From contig CAISZI010000046.1 in assembly GCA_903889905.1 (NCBI GenBank), positions 853 to 64,852 on the forward strand: DNA of 64,000 nt. Reading direction: 5' to 3'. Position numbers and translations under genes: made by a program. The notes below the pieces were generated by a model that was not told where the DNA came from, searched no databases, and saw only the letters and a list, made by a program, of their open reading frames with translations. Shown piece after piece: positions 28,420 to 37,220 of the stretch. The DNA comes from Candidatus Wirthbacteria bacterium (GTDB taxonomy: Bacteria > Patescibacteriota > CG2-30-54-11). Positions within the stretch are counted from its first letter, which is position 1, and the number at the start of each line of letters is the position of its first letter.

Positions 28420-29157
28420 ATGACCAAAATTGATCTCGTCTGGTTCGACATCGATCACACTCTGGCTTTGTTTCCCAAACGCCAGACCGAAGACGAAGCC
28501 TTTGCCGCCATGGGTCTGGAAGTCTTTAACCAGCCCAATCTCGTCCCCAAAGCGCATCAAAGCCAGGGCAAAACCGAAATGCATGTCGTGCGCGAACTCT
28601 TAGAAAGTCACCACATCGACTTTGCCCCGAGCGACATCACCCGCGCCTGCATGGTGCTGGGCAAACACACAACTACGGCGCTCAAACGGGAATTCCCGCT
28701 CGTTTTACCCGGTGTCAAAGAACTATTACAAAAACTGCAAACCGACAACATTCCGCTCGGCCTTGTCACCACCGGTTCCATCTGGCAAGCCGAAGCCAAG
28801 CTGCGGGCTGTTCATCTCTGGAATTTTTTTAATACCGACCTGAGCAGCTTCGGCCACGAGACCGAAGATTCAGGCGGTCTGCTGCAGCTGGCTTTGCTCA
28901 AGTGCCGTCACCAATTCAATGCACCACCACAAAACTGCTGGTATATCTGTGCTGACCCGGTCAATATCCTGCGTGGTCGACTACTGCAGAACGTTCAGAT
29001 TCTGGCCGTCGGGACTGGCAATTATCACTCACCGCAGGAAATGCAAAAAAAGCTGGAATTACAGCCGAGCTATCGTGCACACGCCTTCCACTTTCTGGCC
29101 AACCTCAACAGCGCCGACCTGGTGCTCAAACTCATGCAAAGTAGCCGCTTAGCTTAA
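28420..29157 (+). CDS. HAD-superfamily hydrolase
   Basis: Motif I VWFDIDHTL and LGLVTTGS. Confidence 0.7.
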   Translation: MTKIDLVWFDIDHTLALFPKRQTEDEAFAAMGLEVFNQPNLVPKAHQSQGKTEMHVVRELLESHHIDFAPSDITRACMVLGKHTTTALKREFPLVLPGVKELLQKLQTDNIPLGLVTTGSIWQAEAKLRAVHLWNFFNTDLSSFGHETEDSGGLLQLALLKCRHQFNAPPQNCWYICADPVNILRGRLLQNVQILAVGTGNYHSPQEMQKKLELQPSYRAHAFHFLANLNSADLVLKLMQSSRLA

Positions 29158-29588
29158 CTAACCGTAATCGATCCTGTCATTTCCCGGTGACCGGGGCCAC
29201 AAGGAACGTCACAGCTAAACTCAAACGTTCCTTTTTTGTTGGCGACAAAAGTTACCGTTTTGGTTTGCCCAGGCGGGAGCTGCTGATTAACGTTGAAGTC
29301 CGGTAGCACAATCCCGTGCTGCACGTCCGTACTGGTAACATGCAGAATCACCGTGTCCCCCAAATTTACCTGAATAGAACTTGGCGAAAAAGCAAACTGT
29401 TGGGCCGTCATGGTAATTTCATGCGTCGTGGCTGTCGTGGCGGGAGCTGCCTTACTTGACGTAGCATTGTTGGTAACATTCGGCGCGGGGGTATTGCTCG
29501 CATTGTTACTGGTCGTGGAACATCCGGCAACAAACAAAACCACCAGCAGCGCGCTCACTGCCATCAGGAACTTGGGTCGATAACTCAT
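29154..29588 (-). CDS. Cupredoxin-fold lipoprotein with a CuA-type ligand spacing (H...C-x3-C-x3-H-x2-M)
   Basis: Lipobox LFVAGCS, then a single cupredoxin domain. FSCDVPCGPGHREM matches the CuA motif C-x3-C-x3-H-x2-M. Confidence 0.6.
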   Translation of the reverse strand: MSYRPKFLMAVSALLVVLFVAGCSTTSNNASNTPAPNVTNNATSSKAAPATTATTHEITMTAQQFAFSPSSIQVNLGDTVILHVTSTDVQHGIVLPDFNVNQQLPPGQTKTVTFVANKKGTFEFSCDVPCGPGHREMTGSITVS

Positions 29589-29612
29589 AGGGAATTCCTT
29601 GTCTAGTAAACT

Positions 29613-29640
29613 AAGATTAAACTAGTCGTAGTTTAATCTT
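29613..29640. promoter_or_regulatory. 28-bp perfect palindrome AAGATTAAACTA-gtcg-TAGTTTAATCTT in the cupredoxin promoter; candidate Rrf2 operator
   Basis: 12-bp perfectly complementary arms with a 4-bp spacer, 25-52 bp upstream of the cupredoxin start. Confidence 0.45.
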
Positions 29641-29662
29641 TTCCAGAGAATAAATAAAGTCC

Positions 29663-29698
29663 AAACACAAAAAAAGTCCCCCTGCACGGAGAGGGACT
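29663..29698 (-). terminator. Rho-independent terminator downstream of the Rrf2 gene (minus strand)
   Basis: Minus strand reads AGTCCCTCT-ccgtgca-GGGGGACT followed by TTTTTTTGTGTTT. Confidence 0.55.
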
Positions 29699-29726
29699 TG
29701 TTGACGCGCAATGGCATCGAGAAAAT

Positions 29727-30197
29727 TTACTTCTTGGCAGGCTTTTTAACGACCGCTTTTTTCTTTTCGCCTTTACGATTGAGCAGGTCCTGCAGCGAAT
29801 GCTGATCGAGATAGGCTGCCACCATTTCCTGCAGTTCACGCCAGGCAAACTTGGCAACACAGGCGTCGTAACGGGTGCATTCTTCGGGTACGTCATTGCA
29901 ACCTTCAACAGCACAGCTCATGATGCTGACAGGTCCTTCGATAACGCGGACAATATCTCCCAGCGTCACTTTATCCGGCGCCTTGAGCAAGCGATAACCA
30001 CCCTGGCGGCCTTCGATCCCTTGCACCAGTTTGGCGCGGCGCAGGCTGCGGGCAATGCGTTGCAGGAAATAAAAAGATATGCCGTACTCACGGGAAAGCT
30101 GCATTAATGAATAGGGCTGCTTTTTGTCGAGCAGATACTGCTCAGCAAGTCGCGTCATCAGGATAACCGCATAATCCGACTGTTTGGTGATATACAT
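29727..30197 (-). CDS. Rrf2-family (IscR/NsrR-like) transcriptional regulator with three clustered Cys
   Basis: N-terminal Rrf2 HTH (YAVILMTRLAEQY...LMQLSREYGISFYFLQRIARSLRRAKLVQ) and an Fe-S-type ligand set C-x5-C-x6-C. Confidence 0.85.
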   Translation of the reverse strand: MYITKQSDYAVILMTRLAEQYLLDKKQPYSLMQLSREYGISFYFLQRIARSLRRAKLVQGIEGRQGGYRLLKAPDKVTLGDIVRVIEGPVSIMSCAVEGCNDVPEECTRYDACVAKFAWRELQEMVAAYLDQHSLQDLLNRKGEKKKAVVKKPAKK

Positions 30198-30351
30198 AAG
30201 GACTCTCTTGATAATTTAAATAGACGAAGGTGCGATGACATACTAATAATTTGAATATGGTGACATTTGTGCAGAAACGCTTCAAACAAATATCACTCCA
30301 TTGTTTTCTTTTTGGCCACTTTTTATTTTTTAAAGAAAAAGTGGAATCTCA

Positions 30352-30455
30352 TGGAGCGGGTGACGGGAATCGAACCCGTATCTTCAACTTGGAAGCCTGC
30401 CTGGCGCTCCGGCAGACAAGCCTGCCTGGCTGACCGGCAGACAGGGCTGACATAA
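30352..30455 (-). pseudogene. tRNA-Gly 3' portion (positions ~21-76 including CCA) with a 49-nt GC-rich insertion in the anticodon stem-loop; lacks the 5' acceptor and D arm
   Basis: 45 bp (30352-30396) are identical to the 3' part of the intact tRNA at 30471-30515. The insertion lies between GTCAGCC and CTTCCAAG. Confidence 0.6.
30395..30444 (+). repeat. Tandem 2 x 25-bp GC-rich repeat (AAGCCTGCCTGGCGCTCCGGCAGAC / AAGCCTGCCTGGCTGACCGGCAGAC) making up the insertion in the tRNA fragment
   Basis: The two units differ at 3 positions. A partial third copy (CGGCAGACAG) sits in the 5' tRNA fragment at 30841-30850. Confidence 0.5.
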
Positions 30456-30468
30456 TATTATTTGATTT

Positions 30469-30543
30469 TGGAGCGGGTGACGGGAATCGAACCCGTATCT
30501 TCAACTTGGAAGGCTGACATAATAACCATTATACGACACCCGC
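30469..30543 (-). tRNA. tRNA-Gly (anticodon TCC), intact, with encoded CCA
   Basis: Manual fold of GCGGGTG (acceptor 5'), TCAGC/GTTGA anticodon stem, CTTCCAA loop (U33, TCC, A37), ACGGG-TTCGATT-CCCGT T-arm, then CACCCGC-T-CCA. Confidence 0.8.
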
Positions 30544-30548
30544 ATGGG

Positions 30549-30788
30549 TTAAACTGATTTCAAAAATCTCTTGCCTGCTGATGATTTTAGATATTTTTCG
30601 TGTTCTCGACCGGTCTTGTAATCAGGAAAAGCCTTTTGATAAGTCAATTCAAACGAGCCAAATTGACTAGTAAAAAAACTTTGCCCGCGCCGATGTTCAC
30701 TAAGTCGGCGATCTAAATTATTTGTCATTCCAATATAAATTTGGCCGCTTGCCTTATCACGGATTGCATAAACAGTTATTTCATTCAT
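30549..30788 (-). CDS. GIY-YIG nuclease-family protein (COG2827/UPF0213-like, 79 aa)
   Basis: MNEITVYAIRDKASGQIYIGMTNNLDRRLSEHRRGQ carries the GIY...YIG motifs plus the conserved R and E/H, and the length is typical for standalone GIY-YIG domains. ~38% GC. Confidence 0.85.
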   Translation of the reverse strand: MNEITVYAIRDKASGQIYIGMTNNLDRRLSEHRRGQSFFTSQFGSFELTYQKAFPDYKTGREHEKYLKSSAGKRFLKSV

Positions 30789-30816
30789 TTTTTTACCCCA
30801 ACTTAACAACGCTGCT

Positions 30817-30882
30817 TCTTCAACTTGGAAGTTTACCTGTCGGCAGACAGGGCTGACATAATAACCATTATACGACACCCGC
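30817..30882 (-). pseudogene. tRNA-Gly 5' portion (acceptor 5', D arm and anticodon loop, positions ~1-46) with a 19-nt insertion; lacks the T arm and 3' acceptor
   Basis: 33 bp (30850-30882) are identical to the 5' part of the intact tRNA at 30513-30545. The insert CTGTCTGCCGACAGGTAAA forms a small hairpin. Confidence 0.6.
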
Positions 30883-31037
30883 AAGCGCCTAACCCAGCAA
30901 ACTCAAATCATTTTAAGGTGCGTTTATCAAACTCACTTGTTGTGTATATCACCAATTGGTCCAGAAACTCAAGACATTTGTTGATATCGCCGCTAAGTTT
31001 ATACACAGGACCAGCAACTGTCAAAGGTGATTTTGAC

Positions 31038-33281
31038 ATGATAAATAGCTATAATACGGCTATGCAACCCCATCACAAATCCATCAATAATCCATGCCAC
31101 AATTTCTGGCAAAGCAGCGGTCGCCTCATCCTGCTGGCGCTCATAGTGATTACCCCACTGCTGATATTGCCGCTCGCGTCATTGGGGAACATGTTTGAGA
31201 TGCCCAAATTGATTGCCTGGCGGATAGGCATCGAACTTTGCCTCGTCTGCGTGGTACTGGACTGGCGGACAAAGCCACGCTCGCCGATCAACCGCAGTTG
31301 GATAGCGATCATCCTCGCGCTTTATGCGCTCGTGAATCTGCTTGCGATGATTTTTTCGATCTCACCGGCCTTGAGTGTGTGGGGATCTTTCCAGCGGCAA
31401 CTCGGGGTATTGAGTCTCAGTCACTATATTGCTTTTGCTTTACTTCTGGCCTACTGGTTTCCCACGCAAGCCGATAAACGCAAACCAGTGCTGGCGCTCA
31501 TGCTCGCAGCATGCCTCACCAGTGGTTATGGATTTTTGCAAGGCCTGCATCTGGATCCCTTCCGCTGGCAGGATATGGCTTTTGGTAACCGTATTTTTAG
31601 CACATTGGGTCAGCCTAATTTCCTCGGCACATTGCTCGCGGCGGTCCTGCCCATGTTTCTAGCCTGGACCTGGCAAGCCAGGTTGCGCTGGGAAAAAATC
31701 CTCCTGCTGCTTGCCTCCAGTCTGCTGATCTTGACCATATTCCTCACCCAAAGCCGGGGATCCTTGCTTGGACTGATGGCTGGTCTGGGCCTGTTTTTCG
31801 TATTGCAAGTGCTGAGCCGTCGCAACTGGAAAAAATTTGCCCTCATCGCGATCGGTGGTGCCGCAATCCTCACGAGCTTATCAGTCACTGTCCCGGAATT
31901 GCGGCAAGTCGCCAACCGGGCCTTACGCTTAGACAACTCAACCAGCCAGACACGCCTGCTCATCTGGCAAGGCGTTTGGGAAGCCATCCAACAACGGCCG
32001 TTGCTGGGCTGGGGACAGGACACACTCTATTACACATTTCCGGCTTTTTATCGCGCCGGCATTGCGCTCACCGAAGGTCCGGAAACAATTCCCGACCGCG
32101 CTCATAACTGGGTGCTGGATACCAGCTATGCAACCGGCATGGTTGGCTTGCTGGCTTATCTGCTCTTACTGGGAGCGTTGTTAAAAACCGGACTTAAAAC
32201 GCGACGCCAGCATCCCTGGGCCGTACCGGCGATGGCATCTCTGGGGGCACTGCTGGTCGCCAATTTTTTTAGTTTTGACACGTCTACTTCGCTGCTCGTC
32301 TTTTGGCTTGACGTTGGCTTACTGCTGCCTCCGCAATTCGCGACCGCGCGCCCAGTAATGACTAAAACGGTTTCCTTCAGAAAACAATGGAAGCCAGCTT
32401 TGATGGCGACAGCACTATGCGGTGGCGCGTTGCTATTTTTTAATCTGCGTCCGCTCCTTGCCTATGATTATGCCGCGCGGGCCAGTTCCGCGTCACTTGC
32501 CTCCGACCAGACCGAGGTGGTGGCAAATTATCAAACGGCACATCGCATCATGCCCGAAGAAGTCTGGTATACGTTACAACTGCAAAATGCCAATTTACGG
32601 CACTTGAGTGAACTTCCGGACACTCTCTCCCATCAGGTACTGCTGCAGGAAGCCAAAGACCTGCTGCATGCATTGCCGGCGGGATTACAAAATACATTCA
32701 TTGCCGCTCGTAGCGAGGCACAAATTGCGGCCAAAGCAGCAGAACTTTCACCCTCAACCATTAACCAGGCAACGGCCAACACCGCCTATGCTGCAGCGGC
32801 CTCGCACGCGCCTGAACTCGCTTCGATCCAGGATGAATGGGGTGTACTGCTCACGCTCCAAGGTAACTATGCCGACGCCGTCAGTCATTTCCAAACAGCT
32901 TTGCAATGGTTTCCCAACCCGAATTGGACTTATCACCGGACGCTGCAGATGCATCTGGCCACAGCGTTGCTGGACGAAAATCACATTATGGAGGCCAAAG
33001 CAGCACTGGACCTGGCACTTTTGCCTGGCCCCTGGGACATGGGCACCTTTGAAGCCTGGTCACTGCTGAGCGTTGCCCAAAATGCCTTGGGCAATCTGCC
33101 GGCCGCCATGCAAGCCGGGCGCAAAGCACTTACCTACAACCCCAGCTCCATCCCTATGCACCAGTTTTTGCTGCAACTGCTGACCCAAAACGGCAACCAG
33201 TCGGAAGCAATGGCCGAAGCCAGAATTCTGCTGCAGCTGGATCCAGGCAATTCAATGGCACTCAAAGCATTAGGCCAGTAG
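31038..33281 (+). CDS. O-antigen ligase-like (Wzy_C) polytopic membrane protein with C-terminal TPR repeats
   Basis: About 10 TM helices, then a TPR-like C-terminus (NYADAVSHFQTALQWFPNP...). The chosen start at 31038 is preceded by AAAGGTGA; the tracked ORF begins earlier and runs through the tRNA fragment. Confidence 0.6.
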   Translation: MINSYNTAMQPHHKSINNPCHNFWQSSGRLILLALIVITPLLILPLASLGNMFEMPKLIAWRIGIELCLVCVVLDWRTKPRSPINRSWIAIILALYALVNLLAMIFSISPALSVWGSFQRQLGVLSLSHYIAFALLLAYWFPTQADKRKPVLALMLAACLTSGYGFLQGLHLDPFRWQDMAFGNRIFSTLGQPNFLGTLLAAVLPMFLAWTWQARLRWEKILLLLASSLLILTIFLTQSRGSLLGLMAGLGLFFVLQVLSRRNWKKFALIAIGGAAILTSLSVTVPELRQVANRALRLDNSTSQTRLLIWQGVWEAIQQRPLLGWGQDTLYYTFPAFYRAGIALTEGPETIPDRAHNWVLDTSYATGMVGLLAYLLLLGALLKTGLKTRRQHPWAVPAMASLGALLVANFFSFDTSTSLLVFWLDVGLLLPPQFATARPVMTKTVSFRKQWKPALMATALCGGALLFFNLRPLLAYDYAARASSASLASDQTEVVANYQTAHRIMPEEVWYTLQLQNANLRHLSELPDTLSHQVLLQEAKDLLHALPAGLQNTFIAARSEAQIAAKAAELSPSTINQATANTAYAAAASHAPELASIQDEWGVLLTLQGNYADAVSHFQTALQWFPNPNWTYHRTLQMHLATALLDENHIMEAKAALDLALLPGPWDMGTFEAWSLLSVAQNALGNLPAAMQAGRKALTYNPSSIPMHQFLLQLLTQNGNQSEAMAEARILLQLDPGNSMALKALGQ

Positions 33282-34673
33282 TCATCGCCTTCCCGATCCA
33301 CTCGCCACCCTGTGTCGACTCACAGCCATAACATCAACAGTGTTCTCCACCATTGTTTTCTGCCTGGTTAAATAAATTTTTCTCGCCGAAACGTCCGCCT
33401 GCTTGTAACAGCGGATCAACTCGCGCCAGTGTGTTGGCACGCAGTAAAGTGCTAAAAATTCTTCGCTATAGGTATCCATCAATACCAATAACTGTCTGTG
33501 ATGCTGCCGCATAAAACTATCTTTTATACACAATTTTGCCCCCACGAGATTCATCATCATTTGATGCGTCGGGTAAGCCGCCATGAACTCCTCACTCAAT
33601 TCGATAATAGGTTGAACCAGCTGCTCGACATAAAATTGTTTCCAGTCAGCAGCGGCTAACTCCTGAGGGTTTTCTATCGGCTGCCCGGTGGATGACTGCC
33701 GCAGCTTTACCACATTGGCAAAGAAATCCAGCGCTCGCCCCAAGGTCATGGCTGGCACGCAACCCACGTGATAATCCGGGAACCGATGAACAGCTTCTGC
33801 CTTGCTGTCCATGCCCAATCCGGATTCCACCCCGCGGTAAGCCTTGAGATAATTGGCCATGCGCGCGCCCGGCGGAACGGGCTGCCGTGGCTGCCACTGC
33901 TCAATTTTTTCCCCAGGGTGCTGTAATGGTTCCTGATGGTTGCCACCCCATACTGCCGCTGCCAACAATAACTTATAACTCTCTGTCGTCGTAAAATTAG
34001 GCTCCTTGAAAAACTCCGCAAAGCCTTTGCCCCACAACGCGTTTGCCTGAGCCTGGAGCGCATTTTCGTCCTGACCCAACAACCCCGCGAGCTCATGCCG
34101 CCCCAGGGTTGCCGTCATTTGGTTAAGTAAATTTTTGATGTCAGACGGCGGTTTATAGCCAGCAAAAAAATGCTCATGATTGACTGCAGTGATATAAGCC
34201 ATCAGTTGATCAATTCCAGCAAACTGAAAATGCCGGGCGTTGCTGCCAAAGCGATGCTCTAATTGTTCCTCTAAGTTTGCATCACTGCTGAAGCGTCGAC
34301 AAAGTTCCATGGCCAGATTTTCCAACGCGATTGCCAAATGATCCCACTGACCGGTGATTTTGCTCATCCGCTCCAGGTGTCCCTTGTCAACACTGCGCAC
34401 CGCGACAATCACCAACAAATGTTGTAAGGCTTCATGCTCCCCAACCTGCAGGTCATCATAACTTGACACCTGCCGCTTCAAATCTTGCTGATCTGGCAGG
34501 GCAGAATCGCTTATGTGGCGTTCGACACGTCCCAGCAGCCTCTCGGTCCATGCCCGCAGCTCGCCATCTAAAGCGTCATTTTCAAATCCAATTTTTTGGA
34601 TAAATTCATCCTGCCAGTTTGCAGGGACTTCAATTGCTTCAGGAGCTTGTTCGCCCGTGGGAGCGCCTTGCAT
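33282..34673 (-). CDS. Hypothetical protein (463 aa)
   Basis: Long ORF with no recognised domain. Its stop abuts the stop of the convergent gene. Confidence 0.45.
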   Translation of the reverse strand: MQGAPTGEQAPEAIEVPANWQDEFIQKIGFENDALDGELRAWTERLLGRVERHISDSALPDQQDLKRQVSSYDDLQVGEHEALQHLLVIVAVRSVDKGHLERMSKITGQWDHLAIALENLAMELCRRFSSDANLEEQLEHRFGSNARHFQFAGIDQLMAYITAVNHEHFFAGYKPPSDIKNLLNQMTATLGRHELAGLLGQDENALQAQANALWGKGFAEFFKEPNFTTTESYKLLLAAAVWGGNHQEPLQHPGEKIEQWQPRQPVPPGARMANYLKAYRGVESGLGMDSKAEAVHRFPDYHVGCVPAMTLGRALDFFANVVKLRQSSTGQPIENPQELAAADWKQFYVEQLVQPIIELSEEFMAAYPTHQMMMNLVGAKLCIKDSFMRQHHRQLLVLMDTYSEEFLALYCVPTHWRELIRCYKQADVSARKIYLTRQKTMVENTVDVMAVSRHRVASGSGRR

Positions 34674-34705
34674 AAAACCCCTGGGTTAATAGTCAAAGGG
34701 GACGA

Positions 34706-35767
34706 TTATAACCCAAACAACTGCAAAATGTCTTTATAGGTCACGGCAACCACCAGCAGCATGAGCAAGGCAATGCCAACGGCGTGCACAATCGCTTCTT
34801 TGTCAGCCGGCACACGGCGGTGAAAAATCCATTCAAACAGCACAAACACCGCCCGCCCGCCATCCAGTGCCGGAAATGGCAATAAATTGAACACCGCCAG
34901 GTTGGCGGCAAAAATCGCAAGTAGAACAACCAGGCCAAGCAGTCCCGACGACTGCGCCACCTGCCCGGAAATTTTGGCAATCCCCACGGGGCCGGAAATA
35001 TCCGCTGGCACACGTCCTGCTCCAAACAAAGAGTGCAGCAGAGTACCCAATCCCTCAAAGGTTTTACTGACTACCTCTCCCACCGATGTCACGCCAATTT
35101 GCAGACTTTCCAGGAATCCTACTTTTTGGCTGACCTGTTCGCCTTCCACGACCACACCCAACGCGCCCTGTCCGGCCGGAGGACTCAGCCGCGGTGTCGC
35201 GGTCAAGGCAAGCGTCTGGCCATTGCGTTCCACTTGCAGGCTGATTAGCTTGCCTTTGTTTTGACCAACAATGGTCAGAAATCCATCCGAGTTTTTAAAC
35301 GTCTGTCCCGTGATTGACGTGATTTTGTCATCGATTTTCAGCCCGGCCTGTTCAGCCGGACTACCGGGACTGGTACTGATCACGTCAACTTTGCCATTGG
35401 GAACAGATTTCCCCTGGATCAAAGCAAGGGCAAAAAAGATAATAAAAGCAAGGACAAAATGCGTAAAACTGCCAGCCAGCAAAATGATTAGCCGCTGCCA
35501 GGGTGGTTTGGCTTGCAGACTGAGGGGATTGTTGGGTTCGAGCGTGTCTTCGCCGATCATTTTGACATACCCGCCAATGGGCAGTGCGTTAATCGCATAG
35601 ACGGTATCACCGACTTTTTTGGCAACCAGACGCGGGGGCAGGCCAAAAGCAAATTCTTCGACACCTACTTTGAACAGTTTGGCAGTCAGAAAATGGCCCA
35701 GTTCATGAATCACGACCAGGATGCCAAAAACAAAAAGGAAGGCAAGAATGCTAATGACAATGCCCAT
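34706..35767 (-). CDS. rseP: Site-2 protease RseP (M50 zinc metalloprotease with PDZ)
   Basis: HELGH zinc motif in TM1, a central PDZ domain and a C-terminal LDGG motif. Confidence 0.85.
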   Translation of the reverse strand: MGIVISILAFLFVFGILVVIHELGHFLTAKLFKVGVEEFAFGLPPRLVAKKVGDTVYAINALPIGGYVKMIGEDTLEPNNPLSLQAKPPWQRLIILLAGSFTHFVLAFIIFFALALIQGKSVPNGKVDVISTSPGSPAEQAGLKIDDKITSITGQTFKNSDGFLTIVGQNKGKLISLQVERNGQTLALTATPRLSPPAGQGALGVVVEGEQVSQKVGFLESLQIGVTSVGEVVSKTFEGLGTLLHSLFGAGRVPADISGPVGIAKISGQVAQSSGLLGLVVLLAIFAANLAVFNLLPFPALDGGRAVFVLFEWIFHRRVPADKEAIVHAVGIALLMLLVVAVTYKDILQLFGL

Positions 35768-36121
35768 GTTTCGTCCCGTGTTAAAGCGATTAAAGTGGCC
35801 ATACTATAGCGCCAAAAGCCATACTCGGGCAAACAATACTGCCATTGGTGATCCCATTACTGGCCTACTCCTCGTCTTCACGAGCCTTACGCTCATGTTG
35901 GCGTGCTTTGGCATCATGTTTTCTGCGGTTATGCTCGGCTTCAATTTCTTCATCCATTAAAGCACCATTACTAACCTCAAGATCCTTATACTCTTTGACA
36001 AGACTATGCGGCTGTGGATAGTTGGGTTTGCCGGGCATAATTTCCATATAAATAATGTAAAAGGTCATAATACTAAAACAATTCACAGGAATTGGAAAGT
36101 AATTATTTATCAGTTTGTTGT

Positions 36122-37204
36122 TTACACTTGCCGTATTGCTCCCGCAAAACCCTTCATCCGCATTTGGACTTCATTGGGATTATCCGCAAAGTTGAGCGCA
36201 TTCTCGGCGGTGATCAAATCCTGCTGGTACAGCTCAAAAATGTTCTGGTCAAACGAATAAATGCCATCCTGACCGCCACGGCGCAGGACTTCTTTCATGT
36301 CACTGATTTTATGGTTCATGATCAGTTCCTTGATCATCGGGGTCACGGTCAAAAATTCCGTAGCCACCACGCGTCCACCTTCTGTGCCTTTGCGCGGGAT
36401 GAGGCGCTGGGCAAAGACGCCAATCAGGTTCATGGACAGGATCAACAGGAGCTGTTTTTCCTTGTCGGCGGTAAACAGCGAGAGCAGGCGTTCCAGGCTT
36501 TGGTAGGTATTGGAGGCATGCAGCGTGGCAAATACGAGGTGGCCGGTTTCGCTCATGGTCATGGCCGTAATCGCCGTTTCCAGGTCGCGGATTTCCCCAA
36601 TACTGATCACGTCCGGCGCTTCACGCAGGGTGTTTTTGAGCGCATTTTCAAAACTCATGGTATCGATACCCACCTCACGCTGCGAAACGATGCTCATTTT
36701 GTCGGCGTAAACATATTCGATCGGGTCTTCGATGGTGATGATGTGGTTGGCCATGCTCGCATTGCGGTAATCGATCACCGAGGCCAGGGTGGTGGATTTG
36801 CCAGAGCCCGTCGGCCCACAGACAAAAAACAGGCCACGTTTCTTGAGTGCTACTTCCTTAAGTTTAAGCGGTAGCCCCAGGCTTTCCATCGTCGGGATTT
36901 CATTGCTGACTTTACGCATCACAACCCCAAGCGCACCCATTTGGAAGTACGCATTGAGACGAAAACGGTCGCCTGTTGCGCTTTTATAAGACAAATTGCA
37001 TTCACGGGTGTGGACAAAGTCCTCCCATTGCGCCGGGCTCAAAATGGTTTTGGTCACCTGTTCCAGTTCAACGTGGCCAAGCGGAGTAGCCGTAAGCGGT
37101 TGCAGCAGGCCATCCACACGTGCCATGGGTTTGGCGTCTGATTTGAGGTAAAGATCAGAAGCTTTGAGCTGAACCATTTGCTGGACAAGATTGTCAAAAA
37201 TCAT
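36122..37204 (-). CDS. PilT-family type IV pilus retraction ATPase, paralog (PilU-like)
   Basis: Walker A GPTGSGKSTT, Asp/His boxes and PilT-family core. Confidence 0.8.
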   Translation of the reverse strand: MIFDNLVQQMVQLKASDLYLKSDAKPMARVDGLLQPLTATPLGHVELEQVTKTILSPAQWEDFVHTRECNLSYKSATGDRFRLNAYFQMGALGVVMRKVSNEIPTMESLGLPLKLKEVALKKRGLFFVCGPTGSGKSTTLASVIDYRNASMANHIITIEDPIEYVYADKMSIVSQREVGIDTMSFENALKNTLREAPDVISIGEIRDLETAITAMTMSETGHLVFATLHASNTYQSLERLLSLFTADKEKQLLLILSMNLIGVFAQRLIPRKGTEGGRVVATEFLTVTPMIKELIMNHKISDMKEVLRRGGQDGIYSFDQNIFELYQQDLITAENALNFADNPNEVQMRMKGFAGAIRQV

Positions 37205-37220
37205 CGTTTCCCTTTGACGA

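Noticed and set aside
30352-30882. Group I intron with a GIY-YIG homing endonuclease inside tRNA-Gly
   Set aside because: The non-ORF, non-tRNA sequence between the split halves is far too short for a ribozyme core. No P/Q/R/S-like elements were seen, the 5' exon does not end in U, and an intact tRNA copy lies inside the would-be intron. Element-mediated duplication fits better.
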